DNA from: Oscillospiraceae bacterium
GTDB taxonomy: Bacteria; Bacillota; Clostridia; Oscillospirales; Ruminococcaceae
Direction: 5' to 3'
Assembly: GCA_048358235.1 (NCBI GenBank)
Contig: DBGCDL010000013.1
Coordinates: 405 to 64,404 of the forward strand
Length of the DNA stretch: 64,000 nucleotides
Shown here: piece after piece, positions 47,008-57,400 of the stretch
How the letters are laid out: each line of letters starts with the position of its first letter
Numbering within the stretch: position 1 is the first letter of the stretch
Made by a program: the position numbers and the translations under genes
The notes under the pieces: generated by a model
What the model saw: only the letters and a program-made list of their open reading frames with translations
What the model was told of the DNA's origin: nothing
The model's database searches: none

Positions 47008-48789
47008 ATGGCTGATTTTATGGGCGCACTGCGCCGTACACATTACTGCACCCAGCTTACCGAGGCGGATGCGGGAAAAGAGGTTGTCGTCTGCGGATTT
47101 ACCCAGCGGCAGCGGGACAAGGGAAACCTGGTTTTTATTGATCTCCGGGACCGGACCGGCATTCTTCAGCTGACCTTTGACGACACTACCGACCGGGAGG
47201 TTTTCGCCAAGGCGGAGACTGTCAAGAGCGAGTATGTTCTGATGGCGAAGGGAACGGTACGGATTCGGGAAAGCGTTAATACCGAGATTGAAACGGGCAA
47301 AATTGAAATTTTCGTCACCGAGCTGAAAATTCTTGCCACAGCCCAGACACCGCCCTTCCATATCGGTGACCGCTCCGTGAACGATGAGCTGGCGCTGAAA
47401 TACCGCTATCTGGATCTGCGTGCTGAAAAGCTCCAGAAGAATCTCATCATGCGGCACAAGATCGCACAGGTTACCCGGCAGTATTTTTACGAGAACGATT
47501 TCCTGGAAATTGAGACTCCCATGATGATTAAATCCACGCCGGAAGGGGCCCGGGACTATCTGGTGCCTTCCCGGATTCACAAGGGAAAGTTCTACGCCCT
47601 TCCCCAGTCTCCCCAGATGTACAAGCAGCTGCTGATGGTGGCGGGATATGACCGCTATATTCAGCTGGCACGCTGCTTCCGTGACGAGGATCTCCGGGCT
47701 GACCGCCAGCCGGAGTTCACCCAGATTGACCTGGAAATGAGCTTTGTGGATGTGGATGATATTCTGGAAATCGGCGAGGGCTATGTACAGCGGCTGATGA
47801 AGGAAATCAAGGGGATGGACATCTCCCTTCCGCTTCCCCGGCTGACCTATCGGGACGCCATGGAGCGCTACGGCTCCGATAAGCCGGATACCCGGTTCGG
47901 CATGGAAATCACCGATGTTTCCGAGGCTGTGAAAAACTGCGGATTCTCCGTCTTTACCGCCGCTGTGGCAGAAGGCGGAAGCGTACGTGCCATCGTGGCG
48001 AAAAATGCCGCAGGCGTACTGACCCGCAAGGAGATCGACAAGCTCACCGAACAGGCCCGCGGGATCGGCGCCAAGGGGCTGGCCTATATCCGCTGGGTGG
48101 AGGATGCGCCGTCCTGCTCCTTCGGGAAATTTATGTCCGAGAAGGATATGTCCGCACTGCTGAAGGCGCTTTCCTGCGAAAAAGGGGATGTGGCGCTGAT
48201 CGTGGCGGATAAAAACCGGGTGACGCTTCCTGTTCTGGGACAGCTGCGGCTTACCGTGGCAAAGAGGCTGGAGATCATCCCCGATGGGTTCAATTTCGTT
48301 TGGATTACGGAGTTCCCCTTCTTCGAATATGACGAGGAGACCGGAGGCTGGAATGCCATGCACCATCCCTTTACCATGCCGCTGGATGAATGCATCGACA
48401 AGCTGGACAGCGATCCGGGCAGCGTCCGGGCCAAGTGCTATGATCTGGTGCTCAACGGCACCGAGCTGGCCAGCGGCTCCATGCGGATTACCGACTCCGC
48501 CCTCCAGCAGAAAATGTTTGAGGCGCTGGGAATGAGCGATGAGGAAATCGAGACTAAGTTCGGTTTTCTCGTCAATGCCTACCGCTACGGCGCGCCGCCC
48601 CACGGCGGCATGGCGCTGGGACTGGACCGGATTTCCATGATTCTCTGCGGAGCGGACAGCCTGCGGGATGTGGTGGCATTCCCCAAAGTGCAGAATGCCA
48701 GCGAACTTATGAGCGAATGCCCCGCCGCTGTGGACACCAAACAGCTGGAGGAGCTTTCCATCCAACTGGCCGGCCAGCTGGAAGAATAG
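47008..48789 (+). CDS. aspS: Aspartate--tRNA ligase
   Basis: RTHYCTQL opening, FYALPQSPQMYKQLLM, QLARCFRDEDLRADRQPEFTQID, GGMALGLDR. Confidence 0.95.
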   Translation: MADFMGALRRTHYCTQLTEADAGKEVVVCGFTQRQRDKGNLVFIDLRDRTGILQLTFDDTTDREVFAKAETVKSEYVLMAKGTVRIRESVNTEIETGKIEIFVTELKILATAQTPPFHIGDRSVNDELALKYRYLDLRAEKLQKNLIMRHKIAQVTRQYFYENDFLEIETPMMIKSTPEGARDYLVPSRIHKGKFYALPQSPQMYKQLLMVAGYDRYIQLARCFRDEDLRADRQPEFTQIDLEMSFVDVDDILEIGEGYVQRLMKEIKGMDISLPLPRLTYRDAMERYGSDKPDTRFGMEITDVSEAVKNCGFSVFTAAVAEGGSVRAIVAKNAAGVLTRKEIDKLTEQARGIGAKGLAYIRWVEDAPSCSFGKFMSEKDMSALLKALSCEKGDVALIVADKNRVTLPVLGQLRLTVAKRLEIIPDGFNFVWITEFPFFEYDEETGGWNAMHHPFTMPLDECIDKLDSDPGSVRAKCYDLVLNGTELASGSMRITDSALQQKMFEALGMSDEEIETKFGFLVNAYRYGAPPHGGMALGLDRISMILCGADSLRDVVAFPKVQNASELMSECPAAVDTKQLEELSIQLAGQLEE

Positions 48790-48826
48790 ACATCATTTTG
48801 TAAAAATCATCAAAGGAGGAATTATT

Positions 48827-49501
48827 ATGGGTATGACATCTGCCATCGTTACAGTCGTTGCTGTCGCGCTTTTTTTCGCGGGGTTAGTCGGCATTGTCTT
48901 TTATGTGTTCAACTCTCTGGCCCTGTATACCATCAGCAAGCAGCGGGGGTATCAGAACGCATGGCTCGCATGGATCCCTGTGGTTAACGCATGGGTCTTG
49001 GGCGGCATTGTAGACAACATTGACATTTGCTGCGGAAAGCGCAGCAACTATCGGGTGATTTTGCTGGTACTGCGGATTGTGTCCGTCGCAGCGTCCGGCA
49101 GTATGGCTGTAATGGTTTTGGGACAGCTTCCCGCGCTGCTTTCCGACCTTGGCTATTACGGCAACCCGTATTCCTATTACGGCGGCTTCGGCGCGCTGAC
49201 ATCGGTGGCTTCGTCCTTTGGAAGCCTGATCGGTCTGGCTTATGCTGTTTTTGCGTATATTGCCTACTACCGTATTTTCCAGGACTATGACAACCGCAAC
49301 AAGGTGCTTTATCTGGTGCTTTCCATTCTTTTCAGTATTGCACCCTTTTTCCTGTTTGCCATCCGGAATAAGCCCTCCGCTTCCCTGTACTGGGCAAGCC
49401 AGCGGGCCAATACCAACGTTCCGCCCTATCAGCAGAACTATCCCGGCAACCCGCCTTCTTCCTACACACCACCGCAAGGGCCTGCCGGCCCCACTGCCTG
49501 A
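48827..49501 (+). CDS. Hypothetical polytopic membrane protein with Pro/Tyr/Gln-rich C-terminal tail
   Basis: 224 aa, ~5 TM segments, tail NVPPYQQNYPGNPPSSYTPPQGPAGP, GGAGG RBS. No family recognised. Confidence 0.5.
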   Translation: MGMTSAIVTVVAVALFFAGLVGIVFYVFNSLALYTISKQRGYQNAWLAWIPVVNAWVLGGIVDNIDICCGKRSNYRVILLVLRIVSVAASGSMAVMVLGQLPALLSDLGYYGNPYSYYGGFGALTSVASSFGSLIGLAYAVFAYIAYYRIFQDYDNRNKVLYLVLSILFSIAPFFLFAIRNKPSASLYWASQRANTNVPPYQQNYPGNPPSSYTPPQGPAGPTA

Positions 49502-49572
49502 TTGGCACATCCGATGTCACCGCCGCGGGGACTTTCCCGCGGCGAACCTGTCCATGAAAGGAGCTTTCCGCT

Positions 49573-50928
49573 ATGAAGTTCCGATGGGAGAAAAAGTATC
49601 TCTATTGGGGGATAACGGCCTTCCTGGTGATTGTATCAAGCATTTCTTTTTTCCTGCTGCTCAACCGGTTTAACGAATTCGCAGCGGGAGTGGGCTTTCT
49701 CCTGAATCTCCTTACCCCGTTTATCATGGGGCTTGCACTGGCGTATCTTTTGAATCCCGTGATGGAATTCTTTGAAGCCAAGTGCTTTGTCCCCTTGTTT
49801 CGTGCCTGCTCCAAAGCATCCCGGCGGCCTTCCCGGACGGCGGGGGAGAACGCGGAACGTCCGGTGCCTCCGAAAAAACGTTTGCGGAAAGCCAAAAAGT
49901 CCTCTTCTCCTCAAAAACAGTCCCAGGCGCCCCGGGGACTTGCGATTGCCATCACCTTTTTGCTGGCGGTGGCAATTGTAGCGGGGTTGATTGGGCTGGT
50001 GCTTCCCCAGTTGGTGGAGAGCCTGACTGCCATTGTCAAAAGCTTTCCCCAGAATATGACCAAGGCCCAGAATTGGATTATTGCGCTGGCTGATTCCGAT
50101 CCGGATATTGCAAAGTTTCTGGATACACAGTTTTCCAACGCAAGCGAGTTTGTGAGCAATTGGCTGAAAAATAATCTGCTTCCCCAGCTCAACAATGTTG
50201 TCAGCGGCGTAACCGTAGGCGTTATGGGTCTGGTGGGAACCGTAATGGACATTTTTGTGGGAATTATTGTGGCTGTCTATGTCCTGTTCAGCAAGGAGAA
50301 ATTTTTAGCCCAGACGAAAAAGATGACCTATGCCCTGTTTCCGGTCAATGGCGCGAACACACTGGTTCGGATTACCCGTCAGGCAGACGGCGTGTTCGGA
50401 GGTTTTATTAAAGGAAAGCTGATCGACTCCAGCATTATCGGCCTTCTTTGCTTTCTGGGAATGAGTATTTTCCCGTTCCTGCGAACAGAATATACGCTGT
50501 TGATTTCCGTACTGATCGGCGTTACCAATATCATCCCTTTCTTCGGGCCGTTTATCGGGGCCATCCCCAGTGCCATTTTGTTGCTGATGGTGGGCCCGTG
50601 GAAGTGTCTGTGGTTTATCATCTTCATTCTGATTTTGCAGCAGGTGGACGGCAACATCATCGGGCCCAGAATTTTGGGCAACTCCACCGGCCTGTCCGCT
50701 TTTTGGGTCATTTTCTCCATTATGCTGTTCAGCGGCTTCTTTGGGTTTGTTGGAATGATTATCGGCGTTCCCGCATTTGCGCTGATTTATTCGCTGGTAT
50801 CGGACTTCATTTCCAACCGCCTTTGCCGGAAAGAGCTTCCTACAGAAACCACCGAGTATGAGAAAATCGATCACATTGATTCCATGGAGCATGAACCGGT
50901 TTATAAAAAGCCTGAAGCTACAGAATAA
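49573..50928 (+). CDS. AI-2E family transporter (PerM/UPF0118) with an inserted basic loop
   Basis: 451 aa; C-terminal half typical of AI-2E (..NIIPFFGPFIGAIP..QQVDGNIIGPRILG..). A Lys/Arg/Pro-rich loop follows TM2. Confidence 0.8.
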   Translation: MKFRWEKKYLYWGITAFLVIVSSISFFLLLNRFNEFAAGVGFLLNLLTPFIMGLALAYLLNPVMEFFEAKCFVPLFRACSKASRRPSRTAGENAERPVPPKKRLRKAKKSSSPQKQSQAPRGLAIAITFLLAVAIVAGLIGLVLPQLVESLTAIVKSFPQNMTKAQNWIIALADSDPDIAKFLDTQFSNASEFVSNWLKNNLLPQLNNVVSGVTVGVMGLVGTVMDIFVGIIVAVYVLFSKEKFLAQTKKMTYALFPVNGANTLVRITRQADGVFGGFIKGKLIDSSIIGLLCFLGMSIFPFLRTEYTLLISVLIGVTNIIPFFGPFIGAIPSAILLLMVGPWKCLWFIIFILILQQVDGNIIGPRILGNSTGLSAFWVIFSIMLFSGFFGFVGMIIGVPAFALIYSLVSDFISNRLCRKELPTETTEYEKIDHIDSMEHEPVYKKPEATE

Positions 50929-50990
50929 GAACGGAGATTTCTCCGGTCAAATCGAAAAAGCAGAACCGGCAGCGCGCGGCCGCCATAAAA

Positions 50991-51032
50991 CGAAAAATGC
51001 CGCGAATGGTGAATCATTCGCGGCATTTTTCG
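50991..51032. terminator. Bidirectional intrinsic terminator
   Basis: CGAAAAATGCCGCGAATG-GTGAA-TCATTCGCGGCATTTTTCG, near-perfect palindrome. Confidence 0.8.
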
Positions 51033-51377
51033 TTTGCTTGGGTATGTTGTATGATAGAATAAAACAAAAAGCGAAGCATTTTGTTTTTCGAAAGAATCGG
51101 GCTGTCGCGCTTCCCCGCCATGGGCCGCATGCCAGTTCTTCAGCAAGGAATCTATGATATACCGGTACCAGAAACAGCTGGATAATCTTGAAAAGGCATT
51201 ATAAGTGAGAAATAATCCTATCAGATATATAAAGACAGCCCTGATATAAAGCGCCGGTTATGTACCCTTCGCCCTTGTATACGAGGGTTTGCCAATGTAC
51301 CTGAAAAAGAAATTGAACGAACAAAGTAAGCCTGACGATTCACTTCAACCTATGTCGAATTTTGGGAGGCATTTAAG

Positions 51378-51887
51378 ATGATAATAAGAAAATATGAGGA
51401 AAAAGACCTGCCCGGTATGATACAGATATGGAATAAGGTTGTAGAAGACGGTGTTGCTTTTCCACAGGAGGAAGGACTGACCGAGGATAGCGGGAAAGAA
51501 TTCTTTGCAGCTCAAACATTTTGCGGTGTTGCAGAAAATCAGGAAACCGGCAGGGTTGAAGGTTTGTATATACTACATCCCAATAATGTCGGAAGATGCG
51601 GGCATATATGCAATGCAAGTTATGCCGTAGATGCTTGTGTAAGAGGGCGACATATAGGTGAGCAGCTGGTAATGCACTGTATTCATCAGGCAGCTGAAGA
51701 GGGGTTTCGTATTCTTCAGTTTAATGCAGTTGTAAAGACGAATACACATGCAAGGCATCTGTATGAAAGATGCGGCTTTCAGCAGCTTGGTATAATTCCG
51801 CAAGGCTTCAAGATGAAAGACGGACGTTACGAAGACATCTGTCCATATTACAGAGAGCTGATACCGTTTGAAGGATCAGACAAATAA
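51378..51887 (+). CDS. GNAT-family N-acetyltransferase
   Basis: 169 aa; acetyl-CoA-binding-type segment (RGRHIGEQLVMHCIHQAAEEGF..LQFNAV...N..A..LYERCGF). Visibly AT-richer codon usage than its neighbours. Confidence 0.85.
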   Translation: MIIRKYEEKDLPGMIQIWNKVVEDGVAFPQEEGLTEDSGKEFFAAQTFCGVAENQETGRVEGLYILHPNNVGRCGHICNASYAVDACVRGRHIGEQLVMHCIHQAAEEGFRILQFNAVVKTNTHARHLYERCGFQQLGIIPQGFKMKDGRYEDICPYYRELIPFEGSDK

Positions 51888-52006
51888 AACAGATACAGAG
51901 CCCCGATTGAATTCCATTTTGCGATTGAGATCAATTCTGATCTGTGAGGATGCCATTCTGGAAATCAGCAGCGCACTGCATGGCTTCACTGTATAGTGCG
52001 ACATAT

Positions 52007-52052
52007 GGAAAACTCCCGCTTGCCCTATGCAAGCGGGAGTTTTCCTGTTTTA
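52007..52052. terminator. Bidirectional intrinsic terminator
   Basis: GGAAAACTCCCGCTTGC-CCTAT-GCAAGCGGGAGTTTTCC followed by TGTTTT. Confidence 0.8.
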
Positions 52053-52114
52053 TCGACACCGGCCTAAAGTCGGTTCTGCTTTTTTAATACCACAAGTTAT
52101 ATCATCCGTGGAAA

Positions 52115-53356
52115 TTACTGATTGACTACCCGCATTGCAATTTCAGCCCATTCGGTCAGCCGCTGGGGCTGATCCCGCACAGTGGAAATATCCTTCAGAA
52201 TGTATTCCAGATTAACGCCGTTCCGTTTGGCGGCGTCGTAGGTGTGCTGCAAATCGTCACGGATAACGTCGGGACGGAATGTCTCCTCCGCCAGAAACGC
52301 GGGGGTGGGCTTGTTGGACATAATCAGATCGGGGCCGATGTTGGCGGCGAAATTGTCCCGGTCACTCCAGGGGCTGCAGGAAACCTTTTTCAAGTGAGGA
52401 ATCTTTTTCACCCAGTCCAGCCGGTCATCCAGCCGGTCGCAGCATCCGTAGTAAATCATCCCGAAATATTCCGCCATGCGGCAGATATAGGGCATTTCAA
52501 ATTCTTCCATCAGTGCGGGAGATACGGAGGAGAAAAGCTGTGCCAGACCAAAGGCCCAGCAATCCTTGGATTGATGGCCTTTTCCGGCGCCTGCGTCGGG
52601 GAGAAGCTCATCCGTATAGATGTAAGAGCAGTGGCAGGTATTGATGTTGCTGTTAAAGATATCGAACTTGTTGTACTGCTCAACCGAGGAAATGACAGCC
52701 TGTGTAAGCCGTTCCATTGCAGCGTGGAGCAGCTCGGGGGTGTCGATAAAGCCGTAGTAAATGTCTTCAACGCCCATCAGCTGGGAGATTGTATCCCAGA
52801 CACCCAGATGCACGTTTCCTACGCCGCCCTGCAGAATGGGAGCCACACCGCCGAAGATGTCGGCCGCTTCCTGCATCCACAGCTCACTGGCCTTTTCGTC
52901 ATAGGTAATGACGGGGATTTGAATTTTCTCAACATCTTCCATATCGTGGATCAGATTGTCGAAATGCTGGGATTTGGCAGTGGAGTTGGGGTCGTCGGCC
53001 AGGTAGGTGGTGTGGGCCGAGATGCCGATGCCGGTAGAGGAAATTGCCTGGGGAATGGTGATGAAGGGGTCTACCACCATGTCTACGGGGAAGTGATCCC
53101 ATTTGTAAATGGTTTCCCGGAGATTTTGCTCCACTCCTCTCCAGGTGGGGTCCTCAATCTGACAGTTCAGTTCCCCGGTCCGGTTCAGCTCATTCCACGG
53201 CAGCTGGTCGATCACTACCATGGGGCGTTCCATTTTGCCGCGGTTAATTGCCTTCCACAAGGCAATTTTTTCCTTTTGCACGGGAAGCTGAGCAATTTCC
53301 ATGTAACGGGTCGCCAGCTTGCGGAGAATTTCTTTATCCTTTTGTGTAAATGCCAT
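52115..53356 (-). CDS. URO-D-like TIM-barrel protein (tentative; third paralog type)
   Basis: ~413 aa. Layout and local motifs (..YYGCCDRLDDRLD.., ..KVSCSPWSD.., ..YILKDISTV..) resemble URO-D/MtaA-superfamily proteins of gut Clostridia. Start ATG 53356 (MAFTQKDK). Confidence 0.5.
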   Translation of the reverse strand: MAFTQKDKEILRKLATRYMEIAQLPVQKEKIALWKAINRGKMERPMVVIDQLPWNELNRTGELNCQIEDPTWRGVEQNLRETIYKWDHFPVDMVVDPFITIPQAISSTGIGISAHTTYLADDPNSTAKSQHFDNLIHDMEDVEKIQIPVITYDEKASELWMQEAADIFGGVAPILQGGVGNVHLGVWDTISQLMGVEDIYYGFIDTPELLHAAMERLTQAVISSVEQYNKFDIFNSNINTCHCSYIYTDELLPDAGAGKGHQSKDCWAFGLAQLFSSVSPALMEEFEMPYICRMAEYFGMIYYGCCDRLDDRLDWVKKIPHLKKVSCSPWSDRDNFAANIGPDLIMSNKPTPAFLAEETFRPDVIRDDLQHTYDAAKRNGVNLEYILKDISTVRDQPQRLTEWAEIAMRVVNQ

Positions 53357-53666
53357 TTTTATGACCATCCTTTCTGGATTTTGCGCCGGTTTCGCAAAGC
53401 GGGTTTAAAAGAGCCTCTTTCAAACTTTTCACCTTTCGCTATCGGCGGAATGCGGCCGTAATTGGGGAAAGGGGTGGTTCCCCCACCTTTTCTCTAATAT
53501 CATTATAGTACGCAAAAACAGTAAAAACACACTGCATTTAGGGATATAATATCCCCGAAAATTGACTTTTTGCTGAAAAAACGGTATAATAATGCCAAGA
53601 CCCGCATGAAAGAGGGAAATTCCCAAGAGCCGGCGCCCCGACGCGGGAACAAACAGGAGGTACGCA

Positions 53667-54407
53667 ATGCTGCTGGATTACGGCCATATGCCGGTCCCCG
53701 AGGACTGGAAGGTGATCGAGAAAACCGCTCCCGGTTACTGCCGCGCCTATATGGTGTATGGCGGGGAGGTCACCTATACCGATGAACACGTCCAAAAAAA
53801 GCTCCGGAGCAATACCTTTTATATTTTTCCCTCCGCCGCCCCCTACCAAATGGTTCAGAACCCCAAAAATTCGCTGATGTGCGCCCATCTGCATCTGGAT
53901 GTATTCCCCGTGCTGACCCACCGGCTGATTGAACTTCCGCTGGCGGAGAATCCGGTTTTGGAGCGGCTGATTGCGGCCATTGTGGAGACGATTGACCACA
54001 AAAAGCAAAAGCTTCTGGCGTCCCTCTGCGACTGTCTTCTGCTCTATTGCCGGGAGGAGGAAATACTGGTATCTCCGGTGCTGGAAATTTCCAAGCTGCT
54101 GCATTACATTGCATCCCATATCCAGCAGGGAGCCATCCCCATTGAAGAGCTAAGCGGGCTCATGGGGTACAATCCCCAGTATTTTATCCGTCTCTTCCGG
54201 AGGTCGGTAGGAATGACGCCTCATCAGTATATTACCAATTACCGGATGAGCGAAAGTATCAAGCTGCTCCGCCGGGAGGAATACACAGTCTCACAGATTG
54301 CCGAGCTGGTCGGATATCCCGATGCGAAGGCGTTTGGGCGGGCATTTCGGGAGAAATACGGGATTTCTCCCTCCCGCTTCCGAAAAATTGATGTGGTGCT
54401 GCCCTGA
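53667..54407 (+). CDS. AraC-family regulator (cupin-like N-domain + HTH)
   Basis: C-terminal ..LMGYNPQYFIRLFRRSVGMTPHQYI.. and ..VGYPDAKAFGRAFREKYGISPSRFRK. Divergent from the URO-D-like gene. Confidence 0.9.
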   Translation: MLLDYGHMPVPEDWKVIEKTAPGYCRAYMVYGGEVTYTDEHVQKKLRSNTFYIFPSAAPYQMVQNPKNSLMCAHLHLDVFPVLTHRLIELPLAENPVLERLIAAIVETIDHKKQKLLASLCDCLLLYCREEEILVSPVLEISKLLHYIASHIQQGAIPIEELSGLMGYNPQYFIRLFRRSVGMTPHQYITNYRMSESIKLLRREEYTVSQIAELVGYPDAKAFGRAFREKYGISPSRFRKIDVVLP

Positions 54408-54445
54408 CCGGGCTGCCCGGCTGCCAACAGGAAAGGAAGGGAACA

Positions 54446-57400
54446 ATGTATCTTGCCGACCTGCACATACACTCCAAATATTCCCGTGCCACAAGCAGGG
54501 ACTGCGATGCTCCGCACCTGGATTACTGGGCGCGGCGGAAGGGAATCGGCCTGCTGGGAACAGGGGACTTTACCCATCCCGTATGGCGGGCCGAGCTGAC
54601 GGAGCAGCTCATCCCCGCCGAAGAGGGGCTCTACCGGCTGAAGGACGAATACCGCCTCCCCGGGGACACTGCCGGGGAGGAAGTGATCCCCCGTTTCGTG
54701 GTCAGCGGAGAGATCAGCTGCATTTACAAAAAAGCCGGCCGTGTGAGAAAGGTGCATTGCCTGATTCTGCTGCCGGGTCTGGAGGCCGGGGAAGAACTGG
54801 CCCACAGGCTGGAAGCCATCGGAAACATTCATTCTGACGGCCGCCCCATTCTGGGGCTGGACTGCCGGGATTTGCTGGAAATCACGCTGAACAGCTGCCC
54901 GGAGGCCGTTTTTATTCCCGCTCATATCTGGACCCCGCATTTCTCACTGTTTGGTGCTTTTTCACGATTTGAGACAATGCAGGAATGCTTCGGTGATCTT
55001 ACTCCATGGATTCATGCGGTGGAAACCGGGCTTTCCTCCGACCCTCCCATGAACTGGCGGGTGTCGGCGCTGGATGATTATACGCTGGTGTCCAATTCGG
55101 ACGCCCATTCTCCCGGAAAACTGGGCCGGGAGGCCAATTTGCTGGATGCCGGACTGTCTTACCCGGCGCTTGCACATGCCATCCAAACAGGAGAAGGGTT
55201 TGCCGGAACCATTGAATTCTTTCCGGAAGAAGGAAAGTATCACTGGGACGGGCACAGAAACTGCGGCGTCTGCCTTTCTCCGCAGGAAGCCCTCGCCCTT
55301 GACGGAAAGTGTCCGGTCTGTGGGAAAAGGCTTACCATCGGCGTGGAGCACCGGGTGGAGGAGCTGGCCGACCGGACGGATCCTCCGGGGGCCGGGCGGA
55401 AGCCCTTTGAAAGCCTTGTCCCCCTGCCGGAGGTGATCGGAAGCGCCGGGGGATGTTCCCCCGGCAGCGTGCGTGCCACCGAGTGCTATGACCGGATGCT
55501 GCGGTCCTTGGGAACGGAGTTTGCCATTCTGCGGGAAACGCCGCTGGAAGAAATTGAAAGCACGGCGGGTGAGGCCGTGGCGGAAAGCATCCGCAGACTG
55601 CGTCAGGGCAGGGTAGAGCGCCGCCCCGGTTATGACGGAGAATACGGAAAAGTGATTTTGCTTTCACGGGAGGACCGGGAACAGTTCGGGGGGCAGACAT
55701 CCCTGCTGCTGCCGAAAGCCGCCCAAAAGCCGGCTCCCCGGGAGATTGCCCGGCAGAAACCCCGGAAATCCACCCCTTTGGAGGAAAAAATGCAGCCGGC
55801 TCCGGAAACCCTGAACGAGGAGCAGCTTTGCGCGGCGGCCTCTCCGGCCCGAATTACCGCGGTGACTGCCGGGCCGGGGACGGGGAAAACCAAAACGCTC
55901 ACTGCCCGTGCGGAATGGCTTGTGACCGGACAGGGTGCGAAGCCCGGCGAAATTGCGGCGGTGACCTTCACCATTCAGGCGGCAAAAGAGATGTCGGCCC
56001 GGCTGGAGCAGCGGCTGGGAAAACGGAAGGCGAAAGCCATGATCGTCGGCACCTTTCATGCCATCTGCCGGAAGCTTCTGGGCGGAGGAACGGTGATTTC
56101 CCTGTCGGAGGCAAAGGATTGGGCCGAGCAGGCGCTTCGGGAGACGGAAACCCCAGGACAGCCGGATCAGCTTTTGGAGGCGGTGTCCCGGAGAAAGAAC
56201 GGACTTGCCGGCCCGGAGGAGGGTTATCCCGAAGCAGAGGCATACTATTGCCGGCTGCTGACGGAAGTGGGGCTTATGGATTTTGACGACCTGCTTCTCG
56301 GAGCGCTTCGTCTGGAAGGAAAGCCACCGTTTGCGCACCTGCTGGTGGATGAATTTCAGGACTGCGCTCCTCTGCAGCGCCGGCTTCTGCAAAAATGGAG
56401 CGAAGGCGCTCAAAGCCTTTTTGTTATCGGAGATCCGGACCAGTCCATCTATAGCTTTCGGGGCGCGGACGCCGGGTGTTTCGACCGTCTGAAAGCGGAT
56501 TTTCCGGATGCCGAAATGATCCGGCTCTCCCGGAATTATCGCTCCACACCCCAGATTCTTTCCTGCGGACTCTCTGTGATCGGAAACAATCCCGGTGGGG
56601 TACGGGAGCTTGTTCCCCAGCGCCCGGCGGGAGGCAAGGTTCGGTGCGTGAGGACGGAGAACGGGTTTTCGGAGGGCGTATTCATTGCCAAAGAAATCGG
56701 ACGGATGACCGGCGGGATGGATATGCTGGAGAGCCAGCAGGGGGAGGAACGTCAGGCCTACCGCTCTTTTTCGGAAATTGCGGTGCTCTGCCGCACCCAC
56801 CGGCAGTTGGAGGTCATTGAAAAATGTCTCCGGCACGACAGCATTCCCTGTATCATTGCGGGAAGAGAGGATTTTCTCGAAAAGCCCGAAATCCGGGGAG
56901 TGCTGGGATTTTTCCGGTTTCTTCTGGAGGGTGACCCGTCATCCCTCCGGGCCGCGTTGAAATACGGCTTTGACTGTCCGCCGGACCTGATTGACCGGGC
57001 GGAGAACAGAAATGAGAGAACAGAGAATTCTCCCGCGGTTTCCCCGCCGGAACCTCTGAAGAAATTTTGGGAAACCGCTGCCCTTTTCCAGCCGCTTTGC
57101 GGCAGCGAAAAGCCCCGAAAGCTGCTGGAGCGCTGGGCGGGAGAGGCTCCCCTCACCGACAGCATGGAGCGCCTGATGAATATGGCGGTCTTTTATGAGA
57201 GGATGCCGGATTTTCTGGACCGGCTGCTTGCCGGGCAGGAGGGGGATCTTCAGCGTGCCAGCGGCCGTTATGACTCCGGGGCAGTTCGTCTGATGACCTT
57301 TCACGGTGCAAAGGGACTGGAATTTCCGGCCGTCTTTCTGGCGGGGGTCGCCAAGGGCATTCTGCCGCTGACCCGTAAGGAAGAAACGGATTGGGAGGAG

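Noticed and set aside
46837-48765. 642-aa minus-strand ORF antisense to aspS
   Set aside because: It is the mirror ORF of a highly conserved aaRS gene, with low-complexity Gly/Arg/His-rich sequence and no start context.
51040-52110. Calling the GNAT islet a mobile element
   Set aside because: No integrase, transposase, terminal inverted repeats or target-site duplication are visible. Only a compositional shift is present, so it is reported as a finding rather than a mobile_element feature.
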